A stretch of 64,000 nt of DNA, from the sequence record KY555144.1. One strand, given 5' to 3'. The first letter of the stretch is position 1. Each line of letters opens with the position of its first letter. The notes under the pieces are model-generated. The model was not told the DNA's origin, ran no database searches, and worked only from the letters and a program-made list of their open reading frames with translations. This document shows, piece by piece, positions 43,001 to 52,744 of the stretch. A program made the position numbers and the translations under genes.

Positions 43001-44943
43001 GTGTCCATGACCTTTGCGATGTTGTCCTCCTTCTCCTTGGCGGCCTGGGCGATGCGTGCGTCGAGCGAGCCGTTCGCCACCAGGAAGAAGCACATGATTT
43101 TCTCGGCTGTCTGCCCGATCCGGCAGGCGCGGTCCTCGGCCTGCTCGATCAGAGTCGGCGTCCAGTCCCCCTCGGCGAACGCCACGTCGTGCGCCCGCGT
43201 CATGGTGAAGCCTACACCGGCGGCCTGGAGGTTGCAAACGATGACCCGGCAGGTCTCGTCGTCCTGGAACTTGTCGACCTGAAGCTGGCGCTTGTTGACG
43301 GGGGTCCCGCCATAGATCATCGCCGGATTGTAGTCCGCCAACGCCTCGGCGAGCGCCCTGACGACGTCGGAGTGGTAGGCGAACAGGATCAGCTTGTCGC
43401 CGCCGTCGAGGAAGTTCTTGACCCAGGGGATGATCGCCGGGAGCTTGGCCATCCCCAGTTCGCGGCGGACGGCGGCGATCTCCTCGAAGAGCACCGCCAC
43501 GGCCGGCGGCGCGAGCCCCAGAACGGCGGCGGCGTAGTCGAGATTGAGCGCCCGCGAGTTGGGCTTGTCGGGATCGCCGTCCTGTCCCACCGCCTTGTCG
43601 AAGCCGTAGCGCTGGGCCGTCTCCAGGATCGACAAACCCAGGCGGATGTCGCGCTGGTCCTCGGTCTCGTTCTCGCCGGCCAGCACCGTGGCCTCGTAGA
43701 GCTTCAGCGCCTGGGAAAGCTCGTCCTCGCGCGCCACGACCTCGCGGATTTCCGGGCTGTCGAGGAGGACGATCTGGCGGAACTTCGGCGGAAGCTCGGG
43801 TAGCACCTCGCGCTTGTTCCGCCGCACCATGAAGGTCGAGCGCAGCCGATAGCCCAGTTCCTCCAGGTTGGAGGCCCCGGTGAAATTGTAGGCGCCGTGC
43901 TTGCCACGCGTGTTGTCGAACCAGCCGTCGCAGTAGCGGTAGCCGAAGTCGTTGTAGCTCTTCCCCAGGCCGTCGGGATCGAAGGCCTTGACGATCGACC
44001 ACATCTCGATCGGGCGGTTCATCATCGGCGTGCCCGACAGGAACACGCGGCGCTTGGCGTCGACCGGGTTGAACCAGATGTCGGCCAGCACCGGCTCGCG
44101 GTTCTCGGCCTCGGCCTTCTTGATCTCGGCGGCGTTGGCTTCCTTGCGCTTCTTGCGCACCGCCGCCTTCGAGCGCGCATCCATCTGCTCGCCGCCGAGG
44201 ATGAAGATCGTGCGCCCGCTGTCGGGGGTCTTGATCGCGTGACATTCGTCGCAGACCAGGAGGTCCCACGGCTGCTCGTGGATTTCCTTGGAGAAGCGTT
44301 CCAGGATGTCGTAGTTGATGATCACGACATCGGTCTTGGGCCACCAGCGCGGGTGGACGACCTTCTTGAAACGCGGCTTGCCGTTCTTGTAGAAGCCGTC
44401 GCGCACGGTCTCGCGATAGCGCGTCTCGGCGATCCCGACGCTCAGGCCCTTGCTGCACCAGAGCAGCCATTCGCGCCGCCAGTTCTCCTTCAGCGAGGCG
44501 GGGACCACCACCAGCACGCGGCGGATTTTCTTGATCGCGTTGGAGACGCCGATCGCCTGGATCGTCTTGCCCAGACCCGGCGGATCGGCGATCAGGGTGT
44601 CGCGCCGCCCCGGCAGGGTGGCGAAGTCGATCCCGGCCCGCTGGAAGGGCTTGAAGTCCCAGCCCTTGGCCTCGACCGCCTTGGAGATCGGCGGCCAGAA
44701 ATCACAGTCGGCCTTGTAGGACAGCGCCCGGCTGATGTTGGCCAGATGCTCGCGGCGCCCCAGTTCGTCGAGCGCGTTGGTCTTCCAGACCACGCCGGGC
44801 ACCGCCAGGGCGACGGCCGGGTTGTGGGTGATCAGCGCCCGGCGCGGCGGGCTCCAGGTGAAGCCGGCCTCCTGGAACCGCTTGCGGTCTTCCCATTCGG
44901 TGACGGCCCAGAAGTAGCCGTCGCGATAGTCGATAAAAGCCAT
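42997..44943 (-). CDS. SNF2-family (SMARCAL1/HARP-like) helicase
   Basis: ADPPGLGKTIQ, VVVPAS, DECH, LSGTPMMNRP, MVRRNK, AAGVGFT, QAEDRACRIGQ. Confidence 0.92.
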   Translation of the reverse strand: MAFIDYRDGYFWAVTEWEDRKRFQEAGFTWSPPRRALITHNPAVALAVPGVVWKTNALDELGRREHLANISRALSYKADCDFWPPISKAVEAKGWDFKPFQRAGIDFATLPGRRDTLIADPPGLGKTIQAIGVSNAIKKIRRVLVVVPASLKENWRREWLLWCSKGLSVGIAETRYRETVRDGFYKNGKPRFKKVVHPRWWPKTDVVIINYDILERFSKEIHEQPWDLLVCDECHAIKTPDSGRTIFILGGEQMDARSKAAVRKKRKEANAAEIKKAEAENREPVLADIWFNPVDAKRRVFLSGTPMMNRPIEMWSIVKAFDPDGLGKSYNDFGYRYCDGWFDNTRGKHGAYNFTGASNLEELGYRLRSTFMVRRNKREVLPELPPKFRQIVLLDSPEIREVVAREDELSQALKLYEATVLAGENETEDQRDIRLGLSILETAQRYGFDKAVGQDGDPDKPNSRALNLDYAAAVLGLAPPAVAVLFEEIAAVRRELGMAKLPAIIPWVKNFLDGGDKLILFAYHSDVVRALAEALADYNPAMIYGGTPVNKRQLQVDKFQDDETCRVIVCNLQAAGVGFTMTRAHDVAFAEGDWTPTLIEQAEDRACRIGQTAEKIMCFFLVANGSLDARIAQAAKEKEDNIAKVMDT

Positions 44944-44994
44944 GGACGCCGCACGTGGTTAACGCGCGGACTGTCGCCCATCACGACACTAGAT

Positions 44995-45030
44995 GTCAAG
45001 ATTCATGACTTGACCCAAGGCGTTAACCAT
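44995..45030. promoter_or_regulatory. Recurring motif (minus strand) plus TTAACCAT in a divergent intergenic region
   Basis: GTCAAGATTCATGAC at 44995-45009; TTAACCAT at 45023-45030. Confidence 0.65.
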
Positions 45031-45081
45031 GTCACGTTCGCCGCACGGCCGAGAGATCGGCCGGTCACAAGGAGAACTATC

Positions 45082-45381
45082 ATGACCCTGATCGTCAAGA
45101 TCATGTCGGGCGAGGACCTGCCCGACACCGCGCCCGAAAAGCGCTTCACCCTCCACGCCGGCGTCAAGTCCTTCCATCCGGTGGTCCAGCCCCCGGAGGC
45201 TCCCGGCGGCCAGCCCTACTGCTATGTCCGGCTCTACATCGCCGACCCGGTCAAGACCGCCGCCGTGCCCGGCTTTGTCGAGCATGAGGTCACGGTCGAG
45301 GCGCCGGGCAACGTCTATGTGATGAACGAGGCCGGCAAGACCATCGCCACCTGGACCCCGCCCTGCGGCAGGCCGAACTAG
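45082..45381 (+). CDS. Hypothetical protein (99 aa)
   Basis: AAGGAG RBS, ATG at 45082. Confidence 0.7.
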   Translation: MTLIVKIMSGEDLPDTAPEKRFTLHAGVKSFHPVVQPPEAPGGQPYCYVRLYIADPVKTAAVPGFVEHEVTVEAPGNVYVMNEAGKTIATWTPPCGRPN

Positions 45382-45614
45382 GTTTCGCCAGCTTCCGAAC
45401 CCGGCGCGTCATCCCAGGCCGCCGGGTTCTTCTGCCAGCCCATCCGCTCCAGGACGGCTTGACAGTTCAGAGGCGCACTACCGTCCTTGGGCTCGTCCCC
45501 CAGGACCAGGAAGACGAACCGCCGCCCCTTGGGAGCCCGGTAACGCAAGCGCAGGTCCCCGTCCTCCGAGACGATCTCGCAAGACGTCATATTGACGACT
45601 TCACCAGCACGCAT
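45378..45614 (-). CDS. Hypothetical protein (78 aa)
   Basis: ATG overlaps the upstream stop. Confidence 0.55.
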   Translation of the reverse strand: MRAGEVVNMTSCEIVSEDGDLRLRYRAPKGRRFVFLVLGDEPKDGSAPLNCQAVLERMGWQKNPAAWDDAPGSEAGET

Positions 45615-46186
45615 CACGCAGCTTCCTTGATTTCCCGAGCCCGCTCGGTCCAGATCATCAGGTCGTAGTCGGCCGGGCTCATCCCGGCGCGATCGGCCAG
45701 CGCCAGGAAGGCCTCCTCCAGCCGCCGATAGACCTTGGCGTTGCCCGGCGTGGCCTTGGGGACCTCGACCCCGTGTTCGGCCAGATGCGCCAGGATGTGG
45801 GTGTCGAGCGCCGCCAGCCGCTGGTTGGGGCGCGAGTGCATCAGGAACATTCGGGCCGTCTTCGGTCCGACGCCGTGGATCGTCTCGAACTTCTCGACCG
45901 GGTCGGCGCGCAGGTCCAGGCCCCAGACGCTCTGGGTGAAGCAGGCCTCCAGGCGCCCGTACTGACCGATGCCGAACATCTCCATGTAGCGCCGCAGCTT
46001 GTCCTCGTGGATCGCGCACCGCAGCTTGTCGAACGGCGAGACGCCGGTCATGGCGTAGAGCATACGGTCAAGCTTGGCGGCCTGGACGTCGGCGGTCTTG
46101 CCCGCGACGATGCAGGAAAACAGCCACCACTCCTCCAACTCGGCGTCGGTGCGGTCGAACTTGGTGACGTTGCGCGGGTCGATCAT
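45614..46186 (-). CDS. HhH-GPD superfamily DNA glycosylase-like protein
   Basis: IHGVGPKTARMFL helix-hairpin-helix with Lys, then AALDTHI with the catalytic Asp. Confidence 0.72.
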   Translation of the reverse strand: MIDPRNVTKFDRTDAELEEWWLFSCIVAGKTADVQAAKLDRMLYAMTGVSPFDKLRCAIHEDKLRRYMEMFGIGQYGRLEACFTQSVWGLDLRADPVEKFETIHGVGPKTARMFLMHSRPNQRLAALDTHILAHLAEHGVEVPKATPGNAKVYRRLEEAFLALADRAGMSPADYDLMIWTERAREIKEAA

Positions 46187-46665
46187 CAGGAGGCCTTTGC
46201 GGCGGTGGTGGTCTTGTACTTCTTGGCGTGGCGCAGGCCCTTCCACGAGGCCTTGTAGCCGTCGAGGTTGCGCCAGCCGCTACAGCAGGGCGAGCCGCAG
46301 GAGCAGCGCATGTAGGCCTTCTCGGCGTGCCCGCGATTGACCAGGACCTTCATCGCCGAGGTGTTGTAGTCCTCCGGCGCCGGGAAGACCTTCTCGGGCT
46401 CGGCCGCCATCTCGATCAGCAGCCGCTTGGGGCCGTCGTTCTGACATTTGCGGCAGTAGGCGACCTCGTCATAGGCCAGGGCCTCGGCTTCTAGCTCGGC
46501 CTGGGCCTTGACCTCCTCGGCGAACTCCTCGTAGGTCTGCGCACCGCTCAGATAGCGCGAGACCTCGTGGGTCTTCGGGATCGCCTTGGCGCAGTCCCGG
46601 CAGTGGACGGTGTACTGCGCCGTCCAGGTAGCCCGTTCGATATGGTCGAGGTCGTAGGATGTCAC
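46186..46665 (-). CDS. Hypothetical Cys-rich protein (159 aa)
   Basis: CRDC, CRKC, CSCGSPCC; translationally coupled to both neighbours. Confidence 0.6.
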   Translation of the reverse strand: MTSYDLDHIERATWTAQYTVHCRDCAKAIPKTHEVSRYLSGAQTYEEFAEEVKAQAELEAEALAYDEVAYCRKCQNDGPKRLLIEMAAEPEKVFPAPEDYNTSAMKVLVNRGHAEKAYMRCSCGSPCCSGWRNLDGYKASWKGLRHAKKYKTTTAAKAS

Positions 46666-47111
46666 AGGTGCGGGGCCAGTTCGCGGTCCATGCGGTCGAG
46701 TTCCCCCCGCTTATGGAGTTCGGCGACCCGGTGCAGGGCGATCAGCTTCTGCTCGATATAGGTCATGGTCGCCGGCGAGCGGGTCGGGAGTTCCGACAGG
46801 CCCGTGCCGATGCCGTCCGAGGGCCAGACCACGATGCCGCCCTTCTTGACGTGGGTGAAGAGCCGGCGGAAGTCCTCGTCGATCGTCCGGCACTGGGCGT
46901 CGACCGCCACCGGATCGTCGGAGAAGAAGTCGGTGTCGTGCATGCCCGGCGTGCGCTTGGTCGCCACGCCCACGGCGTTGGGCTCGCCACGCATGTGGCC
47001 GGCCTGCCCGCCCATGCCCTTGCGGATCATGTTGTCCCCAAAGACGTAGAGCACGTCGGAATTGCGGCGCAGGTCTTCGCGGAAGATGCGGTGCTGGTAG
47101 ATGAGGGGCAT
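46662..47111 (-). CDS. Conserved phage protein, possibly macrodomain-like
   Basis: LYVFGDN...GMGGQA...GEPNAVGVATK...GIGTG pattern. Confidence 0.45.
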   Translation of the reverse strand: MPLIYQHRIFREDLRRNSDVLYVFGDNMIRKGMGGQAGHMRGEPNAVGVATKRTPGMHDTDFFSDDPVAVDAQCRTIDEDFRRLFTHVKKGGIVVWPSDGIGTGLSELPTRSPATMTYIEQKLIALHRVAELHKRGELDRMDRELAPHL

Positions 47112-47125
47112 CGAAACGATCCTTG

Positions 47126-47154
47126 AAAAGGCGGGGACCGGCGAACCGGTCCCC
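47126..47154 (-). terminator. Intrinsic terminator after rIIB
   Basis: Minus strand GGGGACCGG-TTCG-CCGGTCCCC followed by a T-tract. Confidence 0.8.
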
Positions 47155-47170
47155 TGGAGGTGGGGTTCTG

Positions 47171-48787
47171 TTAGGCGCCGTGCGCCGCGACATAGGCCTT
47201 GGCGTAGGCCTCGCGGTAGGCGGCCTCGTGGACCACGCCCGCTTCGTCGGTGAGGTCCTCGAACGCCTCGTAATGGACGCCATTGGAGGCGTCCAGGTCG
47301 AAAACGCCGTCGAGCCGGGCCTGCTGGGCGTCGGCGCGCCCGTCGATGTCGCCCACGAGCTTGGCCCAGGCCGCATATTGCGCCTCGACCACCGCGTCGA
47401 AGGCGGCGATGTAGGCGTTGCTCATCGCCGCCTCGCTGTCGAGCGGCGATTCGGTGACGTCGTTGTAGCGCTCGCCCTCGAAGCCGTCGAGGATATCGAC
47501 GATCGCGTCGGCCAACGCGTCCTCGTCGGTTTCGGCCATCGCCTCGGCGATCGCCTTATGGGCGTCCTGCTCGCCCCAGGTCCGAGCGATGCTCTCGCCC
47601 AGGACCGCGTCCTCGGTCGGGAAGCCGTTCTCGTCGAGCACCGGGCCGGCGGCCTCGGGCGTCTCGGCGGTGTCCTCGTCCTGCTCGGCGTCAAGTTTGC
47701 CGGCGGCGAAGGCCTCGCCATAGCCGCGCACATAGCCCTCCGAGTATGCCTGCCGGGCCGAATCGGGGCCGTCGTTGAGTTCGCCCGGCATGTCGAAAGA
47801 CGCGTCGTACTCCCAGCCGTTCTCGGCGTCGGCGGTGCCGGCCTTGCGACCCGCCTCCTCGCCGGCCTTGTCCCAGTCGGCCTCGCTGGCGGACTCGAAC
47901 GAGGCCTGCACTTCCGTCGTGGGCTCGGCTTCGGGCGCCGAGGCCGTCACGGTCACGCCGTCGGCGGCGGTGGCGTCGGTGGCGTCTTCCGGGTCCTCGG
48001 CCTGGGCGGCGGCCTTCTCGTCGGCGAAGCGGCGCTCGACGGCGGCCGAGAAGTAGTTCTTGGCGTCGGCCTCGGGGATTTCAGCCAGCACTTCCATCTT
48101 GCAGCAGCGCAGCTTGGCTTGGTTGTAGTCGGTCGGGATCGCCGTCACGTCGCTGGGATTGATCTCGACGATGATGATCTTGCCGACGCCGTTGTGGAAC
48201 TGGAGCAGGTAGTCGAACGAGCAGGCGTGCAGGCCACGCGAGCAGAGCGCGTTGCGGTTGGGGTCGCACTTGTCGCGGTCCATCTCGACCGTCGAGCCGA
48301 TCTTGTATTCGACCGTGCCCGAGTGGTGGTCGAAGAAGTCGGCGCGCACGCGCTTGAAGGCGTGGAAGTTGCCGTCCGGGGTCAGGGGCAGGCGACCCTT
48401 CTCCAGGAAGGCGTAGAGGTCCGCCGCGATCGACTTGTCGGGGTTGAGGTGAACCTTCTCGATGAACTTGGTCAGCGGCTCGATGTCGAAGCCTTCCGAC
48501 AGCACGCGCTTGAAGGTGCCGGCCGCCACGTAGTCGATCACATGGCCGTCCAGGCGCAGACGGTCGCGGTCGTCGAGGATGACGCGCCCGAACGACTGGG
48601 CCGCGACATAGGCGGCGACGTCGGCGATCAGGCGGATTTCGTCGATGTCCTGCGGCACCTTGCGCAGGGCTTCCTCCAGTTTCTTGGCCTGGGCCGAGGC
48701 GCGGGGGAACACGCGGTAGCGACCATCGAGCGTGATCGAGATCACGTCGTTGGTGATCGTCGACGCGATCTTCTTGGGGGTGGTCAT
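47171..48787 (-). CDS. rIIB: rIIB-like protein with acidic C-terminal extension
   Basis: LPLTPDGNFHAFKRVR...VEMDRDKCDPNRNALCSRGLH...IVEINPSDVTAIPTDY...KLRCC. Confidence 0.88.
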   Translation of the reverse strand: MTTPKKIASTITNDVISITLDGRYRVFPRASAQAKKLEEALRKVPQDIDEIRLIADVAAYVAAQSFGRVILDDRDRLRLDGHVIDYVAAGTFKRVLSEGFDIEPLTKFIEKVHLNPDKSIAADLYAFLEKGRLPLTPDGNFHAFKRVRADFFDHHSGTVEYKIGSTVEMDRDKCDPNRNALCSRGLHACSFDYLLQFHNGVGKIIIVEINPSDVTAIPTDYNQAKLRCCKMEVLAEIPEADAKNYFSAAVERRFADEKAAAQAEDPEDATDATAADGVTVTASAPEAEPTTEVQASFESASEADWDKAGEEAGRKAGTADAENGWEYDASFDMPGELNDGPDSARQAYSEGYVRGYGEAFAAGKLDAEQDEDTAETPEAAGPVLDENGFPTEDAVLGESIARTWGEQDAHKAIAEAMAETDEDALADAIVDILDGFEGERYNDVTESPLDSEAAMSNAYIAAFDAVVEAQYAAWAKLVGDIDGRADAQQARLDGVFDLDASNGVHYEAFEDLTDEAGVVHEAAYREAYAKAYVAAHGA

Positions 48788-48808
48788 GGTCGTCTCCTTG
48801 AGACCGGC

Positions 48809-50932
48809 TTAGCTGAACGCCAGGGTGAGCGGGATGGCCTTGATCAGACCCGGCAGGGCCTTGATGCAGGCGGTGATCTGCGCCTCGGTCGAGGCGTGGT
48901 TCATCATGTCCAGGTATTTCCGGACCGGGTGGTTGTAGTGCTTGTAGACCTTCTGGTGGCCCTCTTCGATGATCTGAATCGTCTTGCTCTTGGGCGGCGC
49001 CTTGTAGGAGCCGTTCTCCTCATAGAGCGACTTCAGGTAGGAGCGCTCGCGCTCGGTCCACTCGGCGATGTTCGCCGCCAGGAACGGCTTGAGCGCCACG
49101 AAGAAGGCCGCCAGCGGCGAGGAGGTCATGCGGCCCAGGGCGTCGTATTCCGCCGGGCAGTGCTTGACCGCGCGGGTGAAGAACCCGAAGGCCGTCGACG
49201 AGGAGGAGAACTTCCCCAGCAGGTTGACGCACTCGTCGAGCGCGATCTTGTGCTTGGCTTGCAGGGCCGCGTCCACGGCCGCGCGCAGCGACGGGATGTT
49301 GGCCTCCTCGACGTGCTTCTGGGCGGTCGGCGAGGCGATGTAGATGTGCTTGATCCCGAACTTGTTGGCCACCACGAAGGTGTCCTCGGGCTTCTTGCGG
49401 TACTGGTCCGACGAGACCCAGGCCACGCCGCCATCGAGATTGGTCTCGACCTCGACCACCGCCCGCTGCTCGCCCGCCCGCTTGGCCAGGGCCAGACCCC
49501 GGATCGGCGGGGTGTAGACCGCCTGCGGCTTCTTGCCCTCGACCCGGCGCGGCACGACGCCGCGCAGGTCGTCGATGTCGACCTCGACGAACTTGGCCTT
49601 CGGCAGGGCGCATTTCCAGAACTTGGCGGGCTTGTCGAACGCCAGCAGGAAGTCGCCGGACTTCACCTTCAGCTTCTCCTCCAGGTAGAGGCGGAAGAGC
49701 CGGGCCAGACGGCGGGTCTCGCTCTGGCTGAACTCGCTCTGCGTCGAGGCGTCGCGCGAGGGGTCCATCAGGTCGGAGACGTCGCGGATCACGTAGAAGG
49801 TTCGCTCGGCGTCATTGTCGAGCGACAGGGTCTTCTCGATGCGGTAGCCCCAGCGCTCGCGGTACTGGTCGAACGTGGCCTTGTAGATGCACGACACGCC
49901 CGAGAAGGAGATGCTGGAGGTGGTCAGGCCCGTCGCCGGATGGGTCACCGACTTATTGAGGAACTGCGGCTTGAGCTTGTTGTAGGTCTTGAAGAACTCG
50001 ACCACCGGCTCGATGTCCTTGACCTTGTCCCAGATCACCATCTCGACCTCGGTGGTGATCTCGCCGATCTTCTTGATCAGGGCCTCGACCGCGTCGGGCT
50101 TGTACTGAATCTCTTCCCGCGACGGGATCGGCTCCACCGTGCCGATCGGCACCGTGATCAGCCATTTGCGGCCCATGTCGTGCGGCAGCGTCAGCCCGCC
50201 CTTGTTGGCCAGCGGATAGATCACGCAGCCCTGGCGCACGTTCCAGGTCGAGGGCAGCGACGAATTCTCGTAGGCCGCCCAGGTGCCGTCGGTGGCCTCG
50301 AACTGCGGGGTCCCCAGGCCCTGTCCCAGGTCAATGTTGGTGTCGAACATCGGCGAGTAGCCGAGCGCGACGTTGCGGATCGCCTTCTCGAAGGCGGGGA
50401 AGTCCTTGGCCGCCACGCCGACCGTGACGCGCACCCCGACCGGCTCGGCGCACTCCTCGGTGCCCTGGAGCATGATCCGGGGGCGCCCGCCCTCGCCGAT
50501 CGCGGCGGTATAATGACGCACCACGTCGCCGTCATAGCAGGACACCGAGAACTGGCTGGTGTAGGCGAACGGGCTCTTGGAGCCCAGGCCGAAGGCGCCG
50601 ACCAGATCGTCGGTCTGGTCCTTGTCCGACTCGAACAGCGTCGAGTAGAGGAACATCACCTTCTCGTGGTTCATGCCAACGCCGTAGTCGCGGACGTAGA
50701 ATTCCGGACGCAGTTCGTTCGGAGCGTGGACGAAGAAGGTGCCCTTGTAGCCCGAAACCAGTTGGGAGTCGTAGGCGTTGGTGGTGACTTCGCGCACCAT
50801 CGAGCCGATCTTGTCCGAATAGAGGCCGTCGATCAGCATCCGGAAGGCCTTGCCGGAGGCCTTGATCGTGAACTCCTGCTCCTCCTCGACCCCGATGGTT
50901 TCAAGGATGACGGGCTCGGCTCCAAGACGCAT
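48809..50932 (-). CDS. rIIA: rIIA-like protein (GHKL ATPase N-terminus)
   Basis: LYSDKIGSMVREVTTNAYDS, VRDYGVGM, GAFGLGSKSPFAY; directly upstream of rIIB. Confidence 0.9.
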   Translation of the reverse strand: MRLGAEPVILETIGVEEEQEFTIKASGKAFRMLIDGLYSDKIGSMVREVTTNAYDSQLVSGYKGTFFVHAPNELRPEFYVRDYGVGMNHEKVMFLYSTLFESDKDQTDDLVGAFGLGSKSPFAYTSQFSVSCYDGDVVRHYTAAIGEGGRPRIMLQGTEECAEPVGVRVTVGVAAKDFPAFEKAIRNVALGYSPMFDTNIDLGQGLGTPQFEATDGTWAAYENSSLPSTWNVRQGCVIYPLANKGGLTLPHDMGRKWLITVPIGTVEPIPSREEIQYKPDAVEALIKKIGEITTEVEMVIWDKVKDIEPVVEFFKTYNKLKPQFLNKSVTHPATGLTTSSISFSGVSCIYKATFDQYRERWGYRIEKTLSLDNDAERTFYVIRDVSDLMDPSRDASTQSEFSQSETRRLARLFRLYLEEKLKVKSGDFLLAFDKPAKFWKCALPKAKFVEVDIDDLRGVVPRRVEGKKPQAVYTPPIRGLALAKRAGEQRAVVEVETNLDGGVAWVSSDQYRKKPEDTFVVANKFGIKHIYIASPTAQKHVEEANIPSLRAAVDAALQAKHKIALDECVNLLGKFSSSSTAFGFFTRAVKHCPAEYDALGRMTSSPLAAFFVALKPFLAANIAEWTERERSYLKSLYEENGSYKAPPKSKTIQIIEEGHQKVYKHYNHPVRKYLDMMNHASTEAQITACIKALPGLIKAIPLTLAFS

Positions 50933-51025
50933 GGCAAACTCCGAAAGGCAGGCTTGAGTGAATGTGTTGCCGATCCTTCTAGCGAGGCGTTCTGGCTCTG
51001 TCAACACACTCCAGCCTGCCGGGAT

Positions 51026-51040
51026 GTCGTGAATCTTGAC
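51026..51040 (+). promoter_or_regulatory. Recurring promoter motif
   Basis: GTCGTGAATCTTGAC at the divergence point of the rII and + strand units. Confidence 0.65.
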
Positions 51041-51232
51041 GTTCCGCAACGCCTGAGGCATGCTCGTATTCATGCGGAACATCACGGCTGAAGCGACGGG
51101 CAAGACCCGCACTTGCACGTCCGAGGATTATCCCTGGCCCCCGCGCGGGTCCGAGGGATGCGATTGCATGGAAAAGTCCAGCAACCCCAAGCGTGACTTC
51201 ATGCTGATCGCCGACCGCACCGGTGTAATCGT

Positions 51233-51658
51233 ATGGTACGCGAGGATGACATGCCCGATTCACGGCCCGAAGATCAAGACGTCGGACGTCGCAACCGAAT
51301 CCACGACCTGATCGTCGGCGACCCTCGGGAGGACGCCCGCTACGCCCGCAAGCTCAGTAACCGCGACAAGACGATGTTCGTCTGCGGGGTCCTCAACCAT
51401 CCCGCCTCGGCCTTTGATCTCGATCTCCCGTTCCCGATCGAGGACTGGATCGCCTCGGACGACAATTCCCTGGTCTGCGCCGGGCTCTACCTGACCGATC
51501 TGCGCCTCCAGTTCTACGAGGCCCTGGCGCCGGCCCAGGACGACGAGCAGGCCTTCGTCCGCCAGGGCGAGGCCGAGTTCTGGTATCACCGCTTCAACGT
51601 CATGATCGAGCGGCGCGCCCACGGCGTGCTGGTCACCGACGGGCGCGTCCTCCATTGA
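51233..51658 (+). CDS. Hypothetical protein (~135-141 aa)
   Basis: Normal codon usage; start may be the second ATG. Confidence 0.65.
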   Translation: MVREDDMPDSRPEDQDVGRRNRIHDLIVGDPREDARYARKLSNRDKTMFVCGVLNHPASAFDLDLPFPIEDWIASDDNSLVCAGLYLTDLRLQFYEALAPAQDDEQAFVRQGEAEFWYHRFNVMIERRAHGVLVTDGRVLH

Positions 51659-52029
51659 GCAGCGATCTGCCTCTCTACGATGGCGCGCTGACGGGCAAGC
51701 TCGTCGGCCGCTTCGTGCGCGCCGGGCAGGCGTTCGACGTCGTGCGTCCCGGCTTCGACGCCCAGGGGATCAAGCGCCAGACCTGGACCCAGATCGTGCA
51801 TGGCGGCGTTCCCGTCTTCGAGGTCAAGGTCCGCACCGATCTCGACAACGTGATCGACCGCTTCGACGAACTGTGGGAGCGTCATATCGGCGAGGACGAG
51901 GACCTGCTCGCCCGCGCCCTGGCCTCGGTCAAGAAGGAGCGGACCGCCAAGTTCCGGGATGGCAAGTCGGGGGTCACGCCGGCCCCGACCGTCCACGACG
52001 TCCGCATCCCCACCGCCTATAGCGGTTGA
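51655..52029 (+). CDS. Hypothetical protein (124 aa)
   Basis: TTG start overlaps the upstream stop. Confidence 0.65.
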   Translation: MSSDLPLYDGALTGKLVGRFVRAGQAFDVVRPGFDAQGIKRQTWTQIVHGGVPVFEVKVRTDLDNVIDRFDELWERHIGEDEDLLARALASVKKERTAKFRDGKSGVTPAPTVHDVRIPTAYSG

Positions 52030-52108
52030 CATTTTGTTGGCGTTCGAGGGTTGACAGCCCGGATTTCATGACTTAGATGCCTCCTCGACGACAACGAAGG
52101 AGGCTCTC

Positions 52109-52735
52109 ATGCCCAAGCGGATCAAAGGCAAGCGCATCGCCCTGCACCGGGCCAAGGTGCTCGACGCCGACGAGTTCAACAACCTGATCGAGGGCGTGTC
52201 CCGTCGCGAGCACGGTCTGCGTGACCGCGTGCTCTTCAAGCTCTCCTTCTATTGCGGCCTGCGCGTCGCCGAGATCGCCGGCCTGGAATGGCGCAAGCAC
52301 CTGCTGGACGCCAGCGGTCGTCTGCGCCCCGCCATCCACGTCACCCACGACATCGGCAAAAACTCGGTCGAGCGCTTCATCCCGATTGAAGCCTCGCTGG
52401 CCGAGGACCTGCGCGCCCTGCGCAAGACCTGCCGCGACAACCGCTTCGTCATCTACCCCCTGCGCGTGACCATGCGGGGCGGCCCGGAGAAGACCGACGC
52501 CAACACCCTGGCGCAATACATGCGCCGGACGTTCCTGGAGTTTGGCCTGGACGGCGCTTCGTCGCACTCGGGCCGTCGCACCTTCATCACCGACCTCGCG
52601 CGGAAAGCGAACCTCGTGGGTTGCTCGCTCCGGGACATCCAGGGCATGGTGGGTCACAAGCGGATCGAGACCACCGGCAGCTATATCGAGACCAGCCGGC
52701 AGCAGGACCAACTCGTCGCCCTGGTCCTGCGATAG
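52109..52735 (+). CDS. Tyrosine recombinase, catalytic domain only
   Basis: [26 protein letters not shown] give the R-H-R-H-Y residues. Confidence 0.9.
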   Translation: MPKRIKGKRIALHRAKVLDADEFNNLIEGVSRREHGLRDRVLFKLSFYCGLRVAEIAGLEWRKHLLDASGRLRPAIHVTHDIGKNSVERFIPIEASLAEDLRALRKTCRDNRFVIYPLRVTMRGGPEKTDANTLAQYMRRTFLEFGLDGASSHSGRRTFITDLARKANLVGCSLRDIQGMVGHKRIETTGSYIETSRQQDQLVALVLR

Positions 52736-52744
52736 GAGGGCGCG

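Noticed and set aside
51060-51311. 83-aa ORF downstream of the promoter motif
   Set aside because: It overlaps the better-supported 51233 gene by about 80 bp, with no clear RBS or motif; left uncalled.
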